DNA from: a virus
Lineage: Duplodnaviria; Caudoviricetes
Strand: one strand, 5' to 3'
Length of the DNA stretch: 33,848 bases
IMG/VR virus record: IMGVR_UViG_3300049070_000231
Location: 1-33,848 of that record
Shown here: piece by piece, positions 7,491 through 15,480 of the stretch
How the letters are laid out: every line of letters begins with the position of its first letter
How positions within the stretch are numbered: position 1 is the stretch's first letter
Position numbers and translations under genes: made by a program
Notes under the pieces: model-generated
What the model was told of the DNA's origin: nothing
The model's input: the letters and a program-made list of their open reading frames with translations, nothing else
Databases searched by the model: none

Positions 7491-8323
7491 GCCACCGCCT
7501 TCAGCCGCTCGCGCAGCTCGGACAAGTCTAGGCGCCGCGCCGTCTCGCTGGAGTTCCCGGCCTTCATCGACTCGTGCGGCTTCTCCCAGTCCTGCAGCCC
7601 GATGTGCCGCAGCTTCTCCGCGCCCATCGCTTCCGCAAGGTCGCCAAGCCTGAACGCTGGCAATTCAGGAATGGCGAGTTCTCCGCCCTGCATCGACATC
7701 AGCGTGTCGACCACCAGCTTTGCCGCCTCCTCCTTCGTCATCCAGAATCTCGTGCAGTCTGGGTCCGTGATCGGCACCGGCACGTCCTTGGCGATGAGCT
7801 CGCGCCAGGTCGGGATCACCGACCCGGTCGACCCTGCCACGTTCCCGTAGCGCACCACCGAGAAATGCGGCCCTTGAGGATCATTCGCGGCGAGGAACAG
7901 GCTTTCCGCCATCGCCTTCGACTGCCCGTACGGCGACACCGGCTCGAACGCCTTGTCGCTCGACACGAGCACCAGCCGCCTTACGCCGGTCCTACGCGCG
8001 GCCTCGATCACGTTCATCGATCCGAGCACGTTCGTCTTGATCATCTCGTCCGGGCAATAAGCCCCGACCTCGATGCGCTTCAGCGCTGCCGCGTGGATCA
8101 CGCAGTCCACGCTCTTCATCGCCCTCTCCAGGCGCTCAACGTCGCGCACGTCGCCGATGAACCAGCGCAGCCGCGGGTCGTCGTTCAGGGCCGAGCGCAT
8201 CCGCGCCTGCGGGTACTCGCCGCGGGAAAAGATGCAGATGCGCTGGTGGCCATCCTTGAACAGGCGCTGCACCAACGCCTGGCCGAGAAACCCAGACCCG
8301 CCGGTGATCAGGATCCCGCTCAT
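7487..8323 (-). CDS. pseB: UDP-GlcNAc 4,6-dehydratase (PseB/FlaA1 family)
   Basis: ITGGSGFLG, IFSRGE, FIGDVRD, IHAAALK, KTNVLG, SSDKA, YGQSK, VRYGNVAGSTGSVIP, TRFWM. Confidence 0.9.
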   Translation of the reverse strand: MSGILITGGSGFLGQALVQRLFKDGHQRICIFSRGEYPQARMRSALNDDPRLRWFIGDVRDVERLERAMKSVDCVIHAAALKRIEVGAYCPDEMIKTNVLGSMNVIEAARRTGVRRLVLVSSDKAFEPVSPYGQSKAMAESLFLAANDPQGPHFSVVRYGNVAGSTGSVIPTWRELIAKDVPVPITDPDCTRFWMTKEEAAKLVVDTLMSMQGGELAIPELPAFRLGDLAEAMGAEKLRHIGLQDWEKPHESMKAGNSSETARRLDLSELRERLKAVA

Positions 8324-8622
8324 GTCGACACACAAGTGGCCGACAGCCCGTATTCGTAGCGGTATGGCGGCCCCGTGCGCTCGAGATTCCCGGCCGATGA
8401 CATCTCAGTCAGGCGCCGGCGCAGCGTAGAGCCAGGAACGTGAGGCAGCGCGCGGTAGAACTGCCTGCACGTCAGCCGGCTCGCGCTTTCCCTGAGCACC
8501 GACACAATCTCCGCCCCCGCCTTGCGTAGCTTGTTCCGCTGCTGACTGCTGAGTGGTTTCCCGGTGGTGACGGGCAGCAGCCACGTAGAGCCGATTGTTT
8601 TTTTCATTGTTGGGTCCTTCAT
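8320..8622 (-). CDS. Putative winged-helix DNA-binding protein
   Basis: IVSVLRE..RLTCRQF...GSTLRRRLTEM..AGNLER pattern. ATG 8622, coupled at both ends. Confidence 0.55.
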   Translation of the reverse strand: MKDPTMKKTIGSTWLLPVTTGKPLSSQQRNKLRKAGAEIVSVLRESASRLTCRQFYRALPHVPGSTLRRRLTEMSSAGNLERTGPPYRYEYGLSATCVST

Positions 8623-8930
8623 GCCATCACCTTCGCGCCGAGCACCAGCCGCACCGCCTCCTCGGGCGACCGAGCAATGTGGATCTTCCCCGGCCAGCGC
8701 GCGATGAACTCGACCTGGTCTTTCGTGTAGGCGTCCTTGCCGTCCGGGTTCTTCACCTCCATTAGTTCGGTCTTGCCGTCTGGCAGAACGCCGTTGCAGT
8801 GCGGACACCACGCCCTCGACCACAGCAGCAAGTCCAGCGGCTTCCCGATGCTCTCGCTGGCGATCCCGGCGTCCTTCATCGCTTTCACGATTGTCGGCTG
8901 GTTGTCGTCGATCTTGGCAGCGCGCCTCAT
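8619..8930 (-). CDS. VRR-NUC/PD-(D/E)XK nuclease, Holliday-junction-resolvase-like
   Basis: MRRAAKIDDNQ..IV...G, PLDLL, LMEVK, T.DQVEF..W, SPEEA. Confidence 0.8.
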   Translation of the reverse strand: MRRAAKIDDNQPTIVKAMKDAGIASESIGKPLDLLLWSRAWCPHCNGVLPDGKTELMEVKNPDGKDAYTKDQVEFIARWPGKIHIARSPEEAVRLVLGAKVMA

Positions 8931-9283
8931 GCTGCGAGCCTCTCGGCCTCGTAAGCAGCCATCTCCGCCTTCCACCTCGGGTCGCTCCACTCGACGCCCC
9001 TGGTATTCCCGAACGCGTAGAGCAAGGTGATGAACTGCGCGCCGTCGGTCACGTTCAGATCCTTGGTGCGCCGCTTGTTGCGCAGCACGAAGATCGGCGC
9101 CGATGGCAACTCGCCGCGCATCGGGTTCTCCAGCACCTCCTGGCCGTACAGGCACGCGAAAAAGAACGTCCACCACTCGTCCTTCGACGCCATCTCGCCA
9201 TAGAGCGGAACCTGTTTCGCGATGTCACCCACCATGGCTCGAGCCTTCCGGCGTTCCTTCGCGCTGATCGGCGCGTCGTTCAT
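8927..9283 (-). CDS. ninB: NinB/Orf-like recombination protein
   Basis: AMVGDIAKQV..YG....DEW, RTKDL, FITLLYAFG..RGVEWSD. Nin-region position. Confidence 0.75.
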   Translation of the reverse strand: MNDAPISAKERRKARAMVGDIAKQVPLYGEMASKDEWWTFFFACLYGQEVLENPMRGELPSAPIFVLRNKRRTKDLNVTDGAQFITLLYAFGNTRGVEWSDPRWKAEMAAYEAERLAA

Positions 9284-9431
9284 AGCGCGGCGGCGTCAGT
9301 TGGCACGGCAACCGGCCTGCGTACCAGTGCGCGCGCGACGTAAACTCGCAAAGCACGAAGCCGGTGTCTTCGCCCTTGATCAACTTCGTTTCCCCGTGTG
9401 CGCAGTCGCCGCATTTCTCTTCTTTCACCAT
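9225..9431 (-). CDS. Small Cys-rich hypothetical protein
   Basis: CGDCAH..C..C with a GAGAGGG RBS before ATG 9431. Confidence 0.5.
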   Translation of the reverse strand: MVKEEKCGDCAHGETKLIKGEDTGFVLCEFTSRAHWYAGRLPCQLTPPRYERRADQREGTPEGSSHGG

Positions 9432-9638
9432 CCCTCTCTATCTCCAGCCGACGCCCCCCAAACCCCCCGTGAAAACGGGAGATTCGAAGAGCGGCGCTCC
9501 AGCCCGCTTACGCGGTTCCTCGTCATGCTGTGAGCCGTCGGACCTCTCACAGCCCCCGGGCACGAGGTCTACGCCACCCGGCAGGTTTACTTCCCTGCTT
9601 CCCCCTGTCATGAGTGCGGCCGGGGGTTCGCCCATTTG

Positions 9639-10508
9639 CTATGCCGCGTCCGCGGCCCGCGCTCTGACGGGATCTCGTATCAAGTTCGCCAGCGCTCGCA
9701 GCCCGTCGCGCTGGTGCATATCGTTCGCATCGGTCCCTACCTCGGGCGGCATCACAAACGGCAGGCCGGTGTCTTTTGCAGCTTTCTCCCCTGCCCCGCT
9801 CTCGTCGTTGTCCGCCATCACATAGGATGGGTTACGGACGAGACGTCCGATGTGCGCGAGATTCGAAGCTGAGAAGCACACGATTACCTGCGCGGTGCGG
9901 TGCAGTTCGCGCAACGCTGCTCGCACTGAGAGTCCGGTCGCGTAGCCCTCAACCAGCCATCGCTCGTTGGCGACCATGGGGCCAATGAAGAACACGGAAC
10001 TCTTCGCTTTGCCGCCGGGCAGGAATAGCTTCGAGCCGTCGGCGGAGATGCGTTGCAAGCTGTTCAGCGTGCGGTAGCGCGAGAACTCCCTCATTGGGAT
10101 CAACAGCTCGCCGTCGAGTACCAGCCCCCTCTCTTCCGGGAAGCCCTTTTTTACGAGGTACGGGTGCGTTTGCGGCGTCGCGCGCTTGACCATGCCGTCG
10201 GCGTCGCGCCGGGCCTCGTCCTGCTTCGCCTTCGTCTCTGCGTCGCGGATCACGCGCTGCGCGCGGAGCATTGACTTGTCCACCTTGCCGACGTTCGCGC
10301 CGTCGCGATAGGCCGCATAGTCCTGCATCGTGGCGAAGTTCTTCACCACCCCTCGCTGCCCGTCGAAGAGATAGGCCCCGTTGCGCTTGCGCGGCTTGTC
10401 GTCGGTCGGCACGCGATGCCAGCGGCCATCCGCGATGAGGTCGTGGATGATCAGGCCGTGGGCGGCGGCGTGTGCGATGAAGCTCAGGCCGCCCTCCTGT
10501 TCGCCCAC
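9639..10508 (-). CDS. TOPRIM-domain DNA primase
   Basis: DGRWHRVPT..KP..RNGAY, HPYLVKKG, SLQRI..DGSK.FL.GG, LVEGYATG, ADND, DAND. Start codon uncertain (10508 or 10487). Confidence 0.88.
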   Translation of the reverse strand: MGEQEGGLSFIAHAAAHGLIIHDLIADGRWHRVPTDDKPRKRNGAYLFDGQRGVVKNFATMQDYAAYRDGANVGKVDKSMLRAQRVIRDAETKAKQDEARRDADGMVKRATPQTHPYLVKKGFPEERGLVLDGELLIPMREFSRYRTLNSLQRISADGSKLFLPGGKAKSSVFFIGPMVANERWLVEGYATGLSVRAALRELHRTAQVIVCFSASNLAHIGRLVRNPSYVMADNDESGAGEKAAKDTGLPFVMPPEVGTDANDMHQRDGLRALANLIRDPVRARAADAA

Positions 10509-12025
10509 GCGATCAGCTGCGACTTGACCTTGGACACCAGCCGCGGGTCAGGCGGTTCGATATTCAGTACGTTGAACTCGGCCCGCGGCCAGGCCAGGTA
10601 GATGTTGCGGTACTGCGCGAGCGCGAATTTCTTCGCAGCTTCCTGGTCTCCGCGCTTCTTCTCGAGCGCGAGGTGGCAAAGCTGGCGCCATACCGCGTCG
10701 CGATCGGAGGCCCAAGACGGCAGGCGGGCGACATCACCTTTCATGTCCACCGCGTGGAGCTCGCCGCCTATCTCGCGCACCATGCTGCGCGGCCTCGGTC
10801 TTTCCCAACCGCATGCTGGGCAATGCGAAGCCATGCCCATGAGGAACTTGCAGGCGCCGCATGAGAACGCCGTCTTCTCCTCCTCGGTCGGCTCCTTGCG
10901 CACCTTGGCGTCGTACTCTTTGCGGTCGAGCCGCGCCACGCCATCGGCGAAGACCTCCTGCGTGTCGGCGATGAAGCGCAGGAAATTGCCAGAATGGTCG
11001 AGCCACAGCGCAAACTGTTTGCCGGGGTAAGGTCGCATCACGCGCCCGAGCTGCTGGATGTGGCCGGAAAGGGACTTCCGATATGGGCGCGCGGAGATAC
11101 CGCACTTGATGTCGGGAACGTCGAAGCCTTTCGCCAGCGCCTCGCACGACACGAGCCCCATGATTTCCGAGTCTGGCTGGCGGAACTCTTCGATCAGCGC
11201 GCGGCGCTTCTCGTCGTTGCCGTCCTTGTAGCTGACCTGCTGGAAGTTGTAGCCGGCTTCCTGAAACCGGCGGCACAACTCCTCGCCGTGCGCTACGGTC
11301 GCCGAGAAGACGATGGTCTTGACCGGGCCGTCGAAATGCTGCGCGGTCTTCGTGATCCACTCGGACACGACGTCCCCGATAATCGTGAGGCCGCGCTTCT
11401 CCATCTCGTCTTCGGCCCACTCGCCGTCGAACTTCGTGCGCGCGCCGGCCATGTCGGCAGCCTTTCCGGCGTACGCCTTGACCGGCACGAGATAGCCCTC
11501 GGCAATCAACTGATCCGTGGTCGACACGTTGACCACGTTCGTGAAAATGGCACCGAGCCCCTTGCTGAACGGAGTGGCGGTCAGGCCAACAACGATCACC
11601 TCGGGGTGCTCGGCAATGAAATCGGTCACGCTCTTGTAGAGCGTGTGGCACTCGTCGTAGACGAGAAGCTGCAACTCGCCGTTCTTCCAGCCGCGGCGCG
11701 CGAGCGTTTGCGCGGAGGCGACCTGGATGCGCTCCCAAGGCCGCGCGCGCCAGTGGTCGGCCTGCATGACGCCGTGCGCAATGCCGTAGGTATCGAAGAC
11801 CTTGCTGGTCTGGTCGACCAACGCAACGCGGTCGCACACGAATGCGGCGCGGCTCATCTTGTTCGCCGCCTCCTGCATCAGGTGAGCGGCGCAAACAGTC
11901 TTCCCGGAGCCTGTCGGGGCGGTGAGGATCTGGCGCTTATTCCCGGCACGGACTCCCTCGCGCAGCGCGAGGATGGACTTCGACTGATACGGGCGAAGCT
12001 CTAGGTTGCCGGCGGTGTCGGTCAC
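10484..12025 (-). CDS. Superfamily II DEAD/DEAH helicase with C-terminal Zn finger
   Basis: LRPYQ, APTGSGKT, DECH, GLTATP, GFDVP, QQLGRVMR, CGAC..CPACG. Confidence 0.93.
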   Translation of the reverse strand: MTDTAGNLELRPYQSKSILALREGVRAGNKRQILTAPTGSGKTVCAAHLMQEAANKMSRAAFVCDRVALVDQTSKVFDTYGIAHGVMQADHWRARPWERIQVASAQTLARRGWKNGELQLLVYDECHTLYKSVTDFIAEHPEVIVVGLTATPFSKGLGAIFTNVVNVSTTDQLIAEGYLVPVKAYAGKAADMAGARTKFDGEWAEDEMEKRGLTIIGDVVSEWITKTAQHFDGPVKTIVFSATVAHGEELCRRFQEAGYNFQQVSYKDGNDEKRRALIEEFRQPDSEIMGLVSCEALAKGFDVPDIKCGISARPYRKSLSGHIQQLGRVMRPYPGKQFALWLDHSGNFLRFIADTQEVFADGVARLDRKEYDAKVRKEPTEEEKTAFSCGACKFLMGMASHCPACGWERPRPRSMVREIGGELHAVDMKGDVARLPSWASDRDAVWRQLCHLALEKKRGDQEAAKKFALAQYRNIYLAWPRAEFNVLNIEPPDPRLVSKVKSQLIAWANRRAA

Positions 12026-12753
12026 TTCTTCTCGGCTTTCTTTTTCCAGAAGCCGACCTGCTTCTTGAGCTCGGCGTTCTCGCGCATCAGTTCGTCCCGG
12101 CGGCGCTTGCAGGACCGAAGCTCAAGGCGGAGAACCTGCATTTCCTTGAACTCCTGCTTCTCCTCGAACGCCTTGGCCGACTGCGCCAGATCGCGCATCT
12201 CGGCGAGCGAGTCCTTGGTCTCGCCGAGTTCGGCCTTCACCTCCTCGTAGAGCTTTTCGAACTTGGGATCGGCAGCGACTACCTTCGGCTTCGGTGCCCG
12301 CGTGCTGGCGACCTTGGCGATGGCTTTGCCGACTGCCGCGTGGTCATCGCGCACCGCCTCGAAGTCCTTGTCTGGGAGGTCGGCCAATTTCTGCGCCATG
12401 GCCGAGGTCTTCTTGTCGACCCCCAGCTCGGCCAACGTGGGACGATCATCCGTCGGCGGTTCGCGCAAGGAACCGCCGACGTCGCGGCCATTCATGCGGC
12501 GCCCCTCGTTCTTCGGGGTTTCCTTCAGGATCTCGCCCAGCTTGCGCAGCGCCTCGATCTTCACGGCGTGCGCGAAGTCGATGGCCTCCTCGCCAAGCTT
12601 CTGGCGCCGGGCGTAAATCTCGGCCGCGGCGGCGACGTCGGCGATGGACTTGGACTGCTGGATGGTCTTCGCCTCGGAGAGCGCCGTGCGCGCCGCCTCG
12701 AGGCGCGCGATGACCGTGTCGTTGCGTAGTGCTGGCAATGCCGCTGATGTCAT
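12022..12753 (-). CDS. Phage hypothetical protein with C-terminal coiled coil
   Basis: 243 aa from ATG 12753 with a GGAGG RBS. KIEALRKLGEIL and TLAELGV segments of a kind seen in phage replication-region proteins. Confidence 0.75.
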   Translation of the reverse strand: MTSAALPALRNDTVIARLEAARTALSEAKTIQQSKSIADVAAAAEIYARRQKLGEEAIDFAHAVKIEALRKLGEILKETPKNEGRRMNGRDVGGSLREPPTDDRPTLAELGVDKKTSAMAQKLADLPDKDFEAVRDDHAAVGKAIAKVASTRAPKPKVVAADPKFEKLYEEVKAELGETKDSLAEMRDLAQSAKAFEEKQEFKEMQVLRLELRSCKRRRDELMRENAELKKQVGFWKKKAEKK

Positions 12754-12797
12754 CCGATCCTGCCTCCTCCTCACCATTTCAACTAACGGCGAGGGCG

Positions 12798-12823
12798 AAA
12801 AAAAGCGCGGTCGTTGCCGCGCT
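12798..12823 (-). terminator. Intrinsic terminator downstream of the CII-like gene
   Basis: AGCGCGG-CAACGA-CCGCGCT stem-loop followed by a T run on the minus strand. Confidence 0.8.
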
Positions 12824-12830
12824 GGTTTAT

Positions 12831-13226
12831 TTAGGCCACGCGAAGCTTTGCGCGCGCCTCTTCGATCTTGGGTTGCAGTGATGCCCTACGGTTTTCGACG
12901 TCGATGTACTCGCGCAGCAGCCTGGCGAGCTCGGTCTCTGGCTCCTTCGGCTCCGGTGGGGTGTAGCCGGCTTGGTCGCAGATCCATTTGATCGGCTCGT
13001 GACAGCCAACCTCGCGCCCTTTCTTCAGCAGCCACAGGATGTGTTCGGCATCGAACTTCTCGCGGCGCTTCGGGTTGAGGCAGTCCTTCACCCAACCTGC
13101 CGCGTCTTCGCTCGTCTTCTCCGGCTTGAGCGTCAGGCCCACTTCCTTGGGGCCGCCCAACGCTCGCACGAGATCGCCGAGCGCGTCGTGGATGTCCGTG
13201 ATGAAGAGCTTCTCCTGCTCGCTCAT
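12831..13226 (-). CDS. CII-like phage regulator
   Basis: DAL..LV.ALGG.KEVG..L.P, DCLNP.RREKF. Lies between cro and the replication genes. Confidence 0.7.
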   Translation of the reverse strand: MSEQEKLFITDIHDALGDLVRALGGPKEVGLTLKPEKTSEDAAGWVKDCLNPKRREKFDAEHILWLLKKGREVGCHEPIKWICDQAGYTPPEPKEPETELARLLREYIDVENRRASLQPKIEEARAKLRVA

Positions 13227-13327
13227 AGCGAGTTCCGCCCCTGTCCGAGATTCACGGACAACCGCGGACAGCGGTTTGCGGGAAAAAAATATATGCTGGC
13301 CTCGGGCTTAGACGAAGGGAGGCCGCA

Positions 13328-13855
13328 ATGCGGTACTTGCTTATCCTGCTGCTCGCCGGCTGCGCCAGCGACGCGATCAAACTCGCGGAGCCGCGAGACG
13401 TTGCTGTGTACTGGTGGCGCCATGCGCCGGACTGCGCCGAGTGCTTCAGCACGCTCACGACCGAGCCGGACTTCTCGGTGTGCCACCTCACGGCGCTTGA
13501 GTCGGTGCCCGACGCCGTGCTCGGCCGCGAGTTTCGGCGCTGCTTCGGCTACTCGATTCCCCGCGGCGACTCGTGGCTCGCATCCGGCTCGCCGCACGAC
13601 TACAGCCGAGACCTGGTGAAGATTGTCGAACCGACGAGCGTGCGGGTTTCCTGGAGCCGCGAAGCGCCCACTCGGGATACCTGCCGCAATGTGCGCGTCG
13701 TCTCGCCGCACGGCTGCGCCCAGGTCGCAACGGATCACACGCGCTGCCGAATCATTGCCCACGAGTGGTCTCACGACGCCCTGCTCGGGCATGAACTGCG
13801 CCACTGCTTCGGCTGGAAGCACGAGGCCGACTTGAAGCTGCGGAGCGGGAAGTGA
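13328..13855 (+). CDS. Lipoprotein with two internal repeats and a C-terminal HExxHxxGxxH zinc-metallopeptidase motif
   Basis: GGGAGG RBS, lipobox LLLAGC, motif HELRHCFGWKH, and a degenerate first copy REFRRCFGYS. Confidence 0.8.
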   Translation: MRYLLILLLAGCASDAIKLAEPRDVAVYWWRHAPDCAECFSTLTTEPDFSVCHLTALESVPDAVLGREFRRCFGYSIPRGDSWLASGSPHDYSRDLVKIVEPTSVRVSWSREAPTRDTCRNVRVVSPHGCAQVATDHTRCRIIAHEWSHDALLGHELRHCFGWKHEADLKLRSGK

Positions 13856-13866
13856 CGCTGCGGTTC

Positions 13867-14064
13867 TCACGCGGCGCGCGTCTCTAGGCGGCGCCGGGCG
13901 CGTTGGATGCGCTTGTCGATGTCCGGATGGATGCCGCGCAGCTCGTTCTGGCGACGATCAGGGACGTCGTCGCCCCACTGGCAAACCGCAGAGCGGGAGA
14001 TGCCGAACTGCTTGCCGACCTCCTCCATGGAGCCGAACACCGCGACGAGGTCTTTTGTCTTCAT
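13867..14064 (-). CDS. cro: Cro-like repressor
   Basis: MKTKDLVAVFGSMEEVGKQFGISRSAVCQWGDDVP..RQ. 65 aa, divergent from cI. Confidence 0.85.
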   Translation of the reverse strand: MKTKDLVAVFGSMEEVGKQFGISRSAVCQWGDDVPDRRQNELRGIHPDIDKRIQRARRRLETRAA

Positions 14065-14074
14065 GTCGGCGCGA

Positions 14075-14139
14075 GTTAAGCACACTTCGCATTGCTACGT
14101 CAAGTGCACTTAGCCGGCCCCTTGTTAAGATCGCTTAAC
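14075..14139. promoter_or_regulatory. Right operator: three 16-bp operators (GTTAAG-N4-CTTAAC consensus)
   Basis: GTTAAGCACACTTCGC 14075-14090, GTCAAGTGCACTTAGC 14099-14114, GTTAAGATCGCTTAAC 14124-14139. A minus-strand TTGACG -35 sits at 14098-14103. Confidence 0.85.
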
Positions 14140-14589
14140 ATGAGCACGCTGCACGACAGGCTGCTGGAGATCGCCACGGCCATTGGCAACGACGCCGAAT
14201 TGGCCAGGATCGCGAATGTCAGCCGCAGCAACGTCCGGCAATGGCGGACTGGGGATGTGAAAACTCTTAAAGCATTGAGCGCCCTAAACATTCAGGAGCG
14301 CGCCGGCTATTCCGCGCGTTGGCTGGTTCTTGGCCTCGGTCCGAAAAAACTTACCGGAAAGTCCGATTTACCAGAAAGTAGTGCGCTTCCGTACACTACT
14401 CAGAAGCTCTCCCCTGCCAACGAGAAGAATCTCCTTGTTGTCCTGAGGTCGTTTCTCAACACTGACGACGAAGGGAAGGCTCAGATAGTTGAGGCTGTTA
14501 AGGCTGTGACAGGAGCAAATGGCTCAACCTCCGGACAACCGGCCAAGCACCAGTCCTCTAAGCGACGAAGAGGCAGCGTTAATCATTGA
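14140..14589 (+). CDS. cI: CI-like XRE-family repressor without an S24 peptidase domain
   Basis: HTH segment DAELARIANVSRSNVRQW and YSARWLVLG.G. ATG directly follows an operator, so the mRNA is probably leaderless. Confidence 0.8.
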   Translation: MSTLHDRLLEIATAIGNDAELARIANVSRSNVRQWRTGDVKTLKALSALNIQERAGYSARWLVLGLGPKKLTGKSDLPESSALPYTTQKLSPANEKNLLVVLRSFLNTDDEGKAQIVEAVKAVTGANGSTSGQPAKHQSSKRRRGSVNH

Positions 14590-14725
14590 TTATCGGCGCT
14601 GTTCCCCGCGGCGCCAAGCAGCGGTAAGACGGTTTGCCAGCAAGCTCGCGGTGATGGACATCCTCCCCGCGCTGATCGACATCACCACCAACGTAATCGA
14701 GTTCAAGCGCCGCAAGGACGACTAA
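14519..14725 (+). CDS. Small protein resembling a repressor C-terminal helical domain
   Basis: LSDEEAALIIDYRRCSPRRQAAV and NVIEFKR. AGGAG RBS before ATG 14519. Confidence 0.65.
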   Translation: MAQPPDNRPSTSPLSDEEAALIIDYRRCSPRRQAAVRRFASKLAVMDILPALIDITTNVIEFKRRKDD

Positions 14726-14738
14726 AGCCGCGAGCGGT

Positions 14739-14778
14739 GCTTAGTGCACTTGACTGAACATCGTTAAGTGTGCTTTAC
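14739..14778 (+). promoter_or_regulatory. Left operator/PL: two 16-bp operators overlapping a TTGACT -35
   Basis: GCTTAGTGCACTTGAC 14739-14754 and GTTAAGTGTGCTTTAC 14763-14778 are near reverse complements of the OR sites. Confidence 0.82.
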
Positions 14779-14786
14779 TCTCTCCC

Positions 14787-15089
14787 ATGCAACGGGAGGG
14801 AGCGATGGGCAACCAGCAGTCGGAAGAACTCAGCCTCTGGAAGCGCGTTAGCGGCGCCCTTGCCGTAGCCGCGCTGTTCGCGGTGATGGCGGCGCTGGAC
14901 CGCGAGCCGGAAGTCACCGCCGCCCACGTCGCCGACGCCGACGACCGTAAGGCGCTCAAGCCCGGCGAACTCTGCATCTCTCAATTCGGCGCCGGCGAGC
15001 GCTGGACCAAGCACCACCACGTCTACGAGTGCGTCAGCGCGGCGCGCGAGATCCCCTCCTACATCCTTTCGATGCCGGTGGCGCAATGA
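14787..15089 (+). CDS. Hypothetical membrane-anchored protein, first gene of the PL operon
   Basis: Hydrophobic segment VSGALAVAALFAVMAAL. The true start may be the second Met, after GGGAGGGAG. Confidence 0.6.
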   Translation: MQREGAMGNQQSEELSLWKRVSGALAVAALFAVMAALDREPEVTAAHVADADDRKALKPGELCISQFGAGERWTKHHHVYECVSAAREIPSYILSMPVAQ

Positions 15090-15283
15090 ACACCGTCCCG
15101 ACGAACCGCGGGCCGATGACGCCGAAGGCGGTGATGGACGAGCTCACCTATTCGGCCTACGCGCACGAGCGGCGCCGGGCGCCGCACATCGGGCCGAGCG
15201 CGTGGAAGCAGTTCCTGAACAACGTCGACGCCATGGAGGCGCGCTTCCAGGCCGAACTCGCAATCGAAAAGGCGGCGTCGTGA
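15086..15283 (+). CDS. Hypothetical protein
   Basis: MNTVPTNRG..., ATGA overlap. Confidence 0.55.
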   Translation: MNTVPTNRGPMTPKAVMDELTYSAYAHERRRAPHIGPSAWKQFLNNVDAMEARFQAELAIEKAAS

Positions 15284-15480
15284 GGCGGCGCTACGAACCG
15301 GTCGAAGAGTACGCCCCGGGCAACGAGGACTACGAATACGACGAGTGGCGTCAGCGCCGCGACGACGAACGCGAACTCGACGAAATCGAGGCGCACGCCG
15401 AGGACGCTCGGCGCACGGCAGCGAAGCGTGCAGCGTCTGGCATCTCGCCCGAGCTGCTCTTCAACAAGGAACCCGCATGA
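15280..15480 (+). CDS. Acidic hypothetical protein
   Basis: GTGA overlap. DYEYDEWRQRRDD. Coupled to recT. Confidence 0.55.
   Translation: MRRRYEPVEEYAPGNEDYEYDEWRQRRDDERELDEIEAHAEDARRTAAKRAASGISPELLFNKEPA

Noticed and set aside
570-8323. Host LPS/flagellin glycosylation locus next to a prophage end
   Set aside because: Genes are overlap-coupled to phage nin genes and interleaved with phage ORFs. There is no att boundary here and attP is intact elsewhere.
9438-9635. 65-aa ORF or replication origin downstream of the primase
   Set aside because: Gly/Pro-rich with no motif, and I see no iteron array or AT-rich unwinding element, so neither call is supported.
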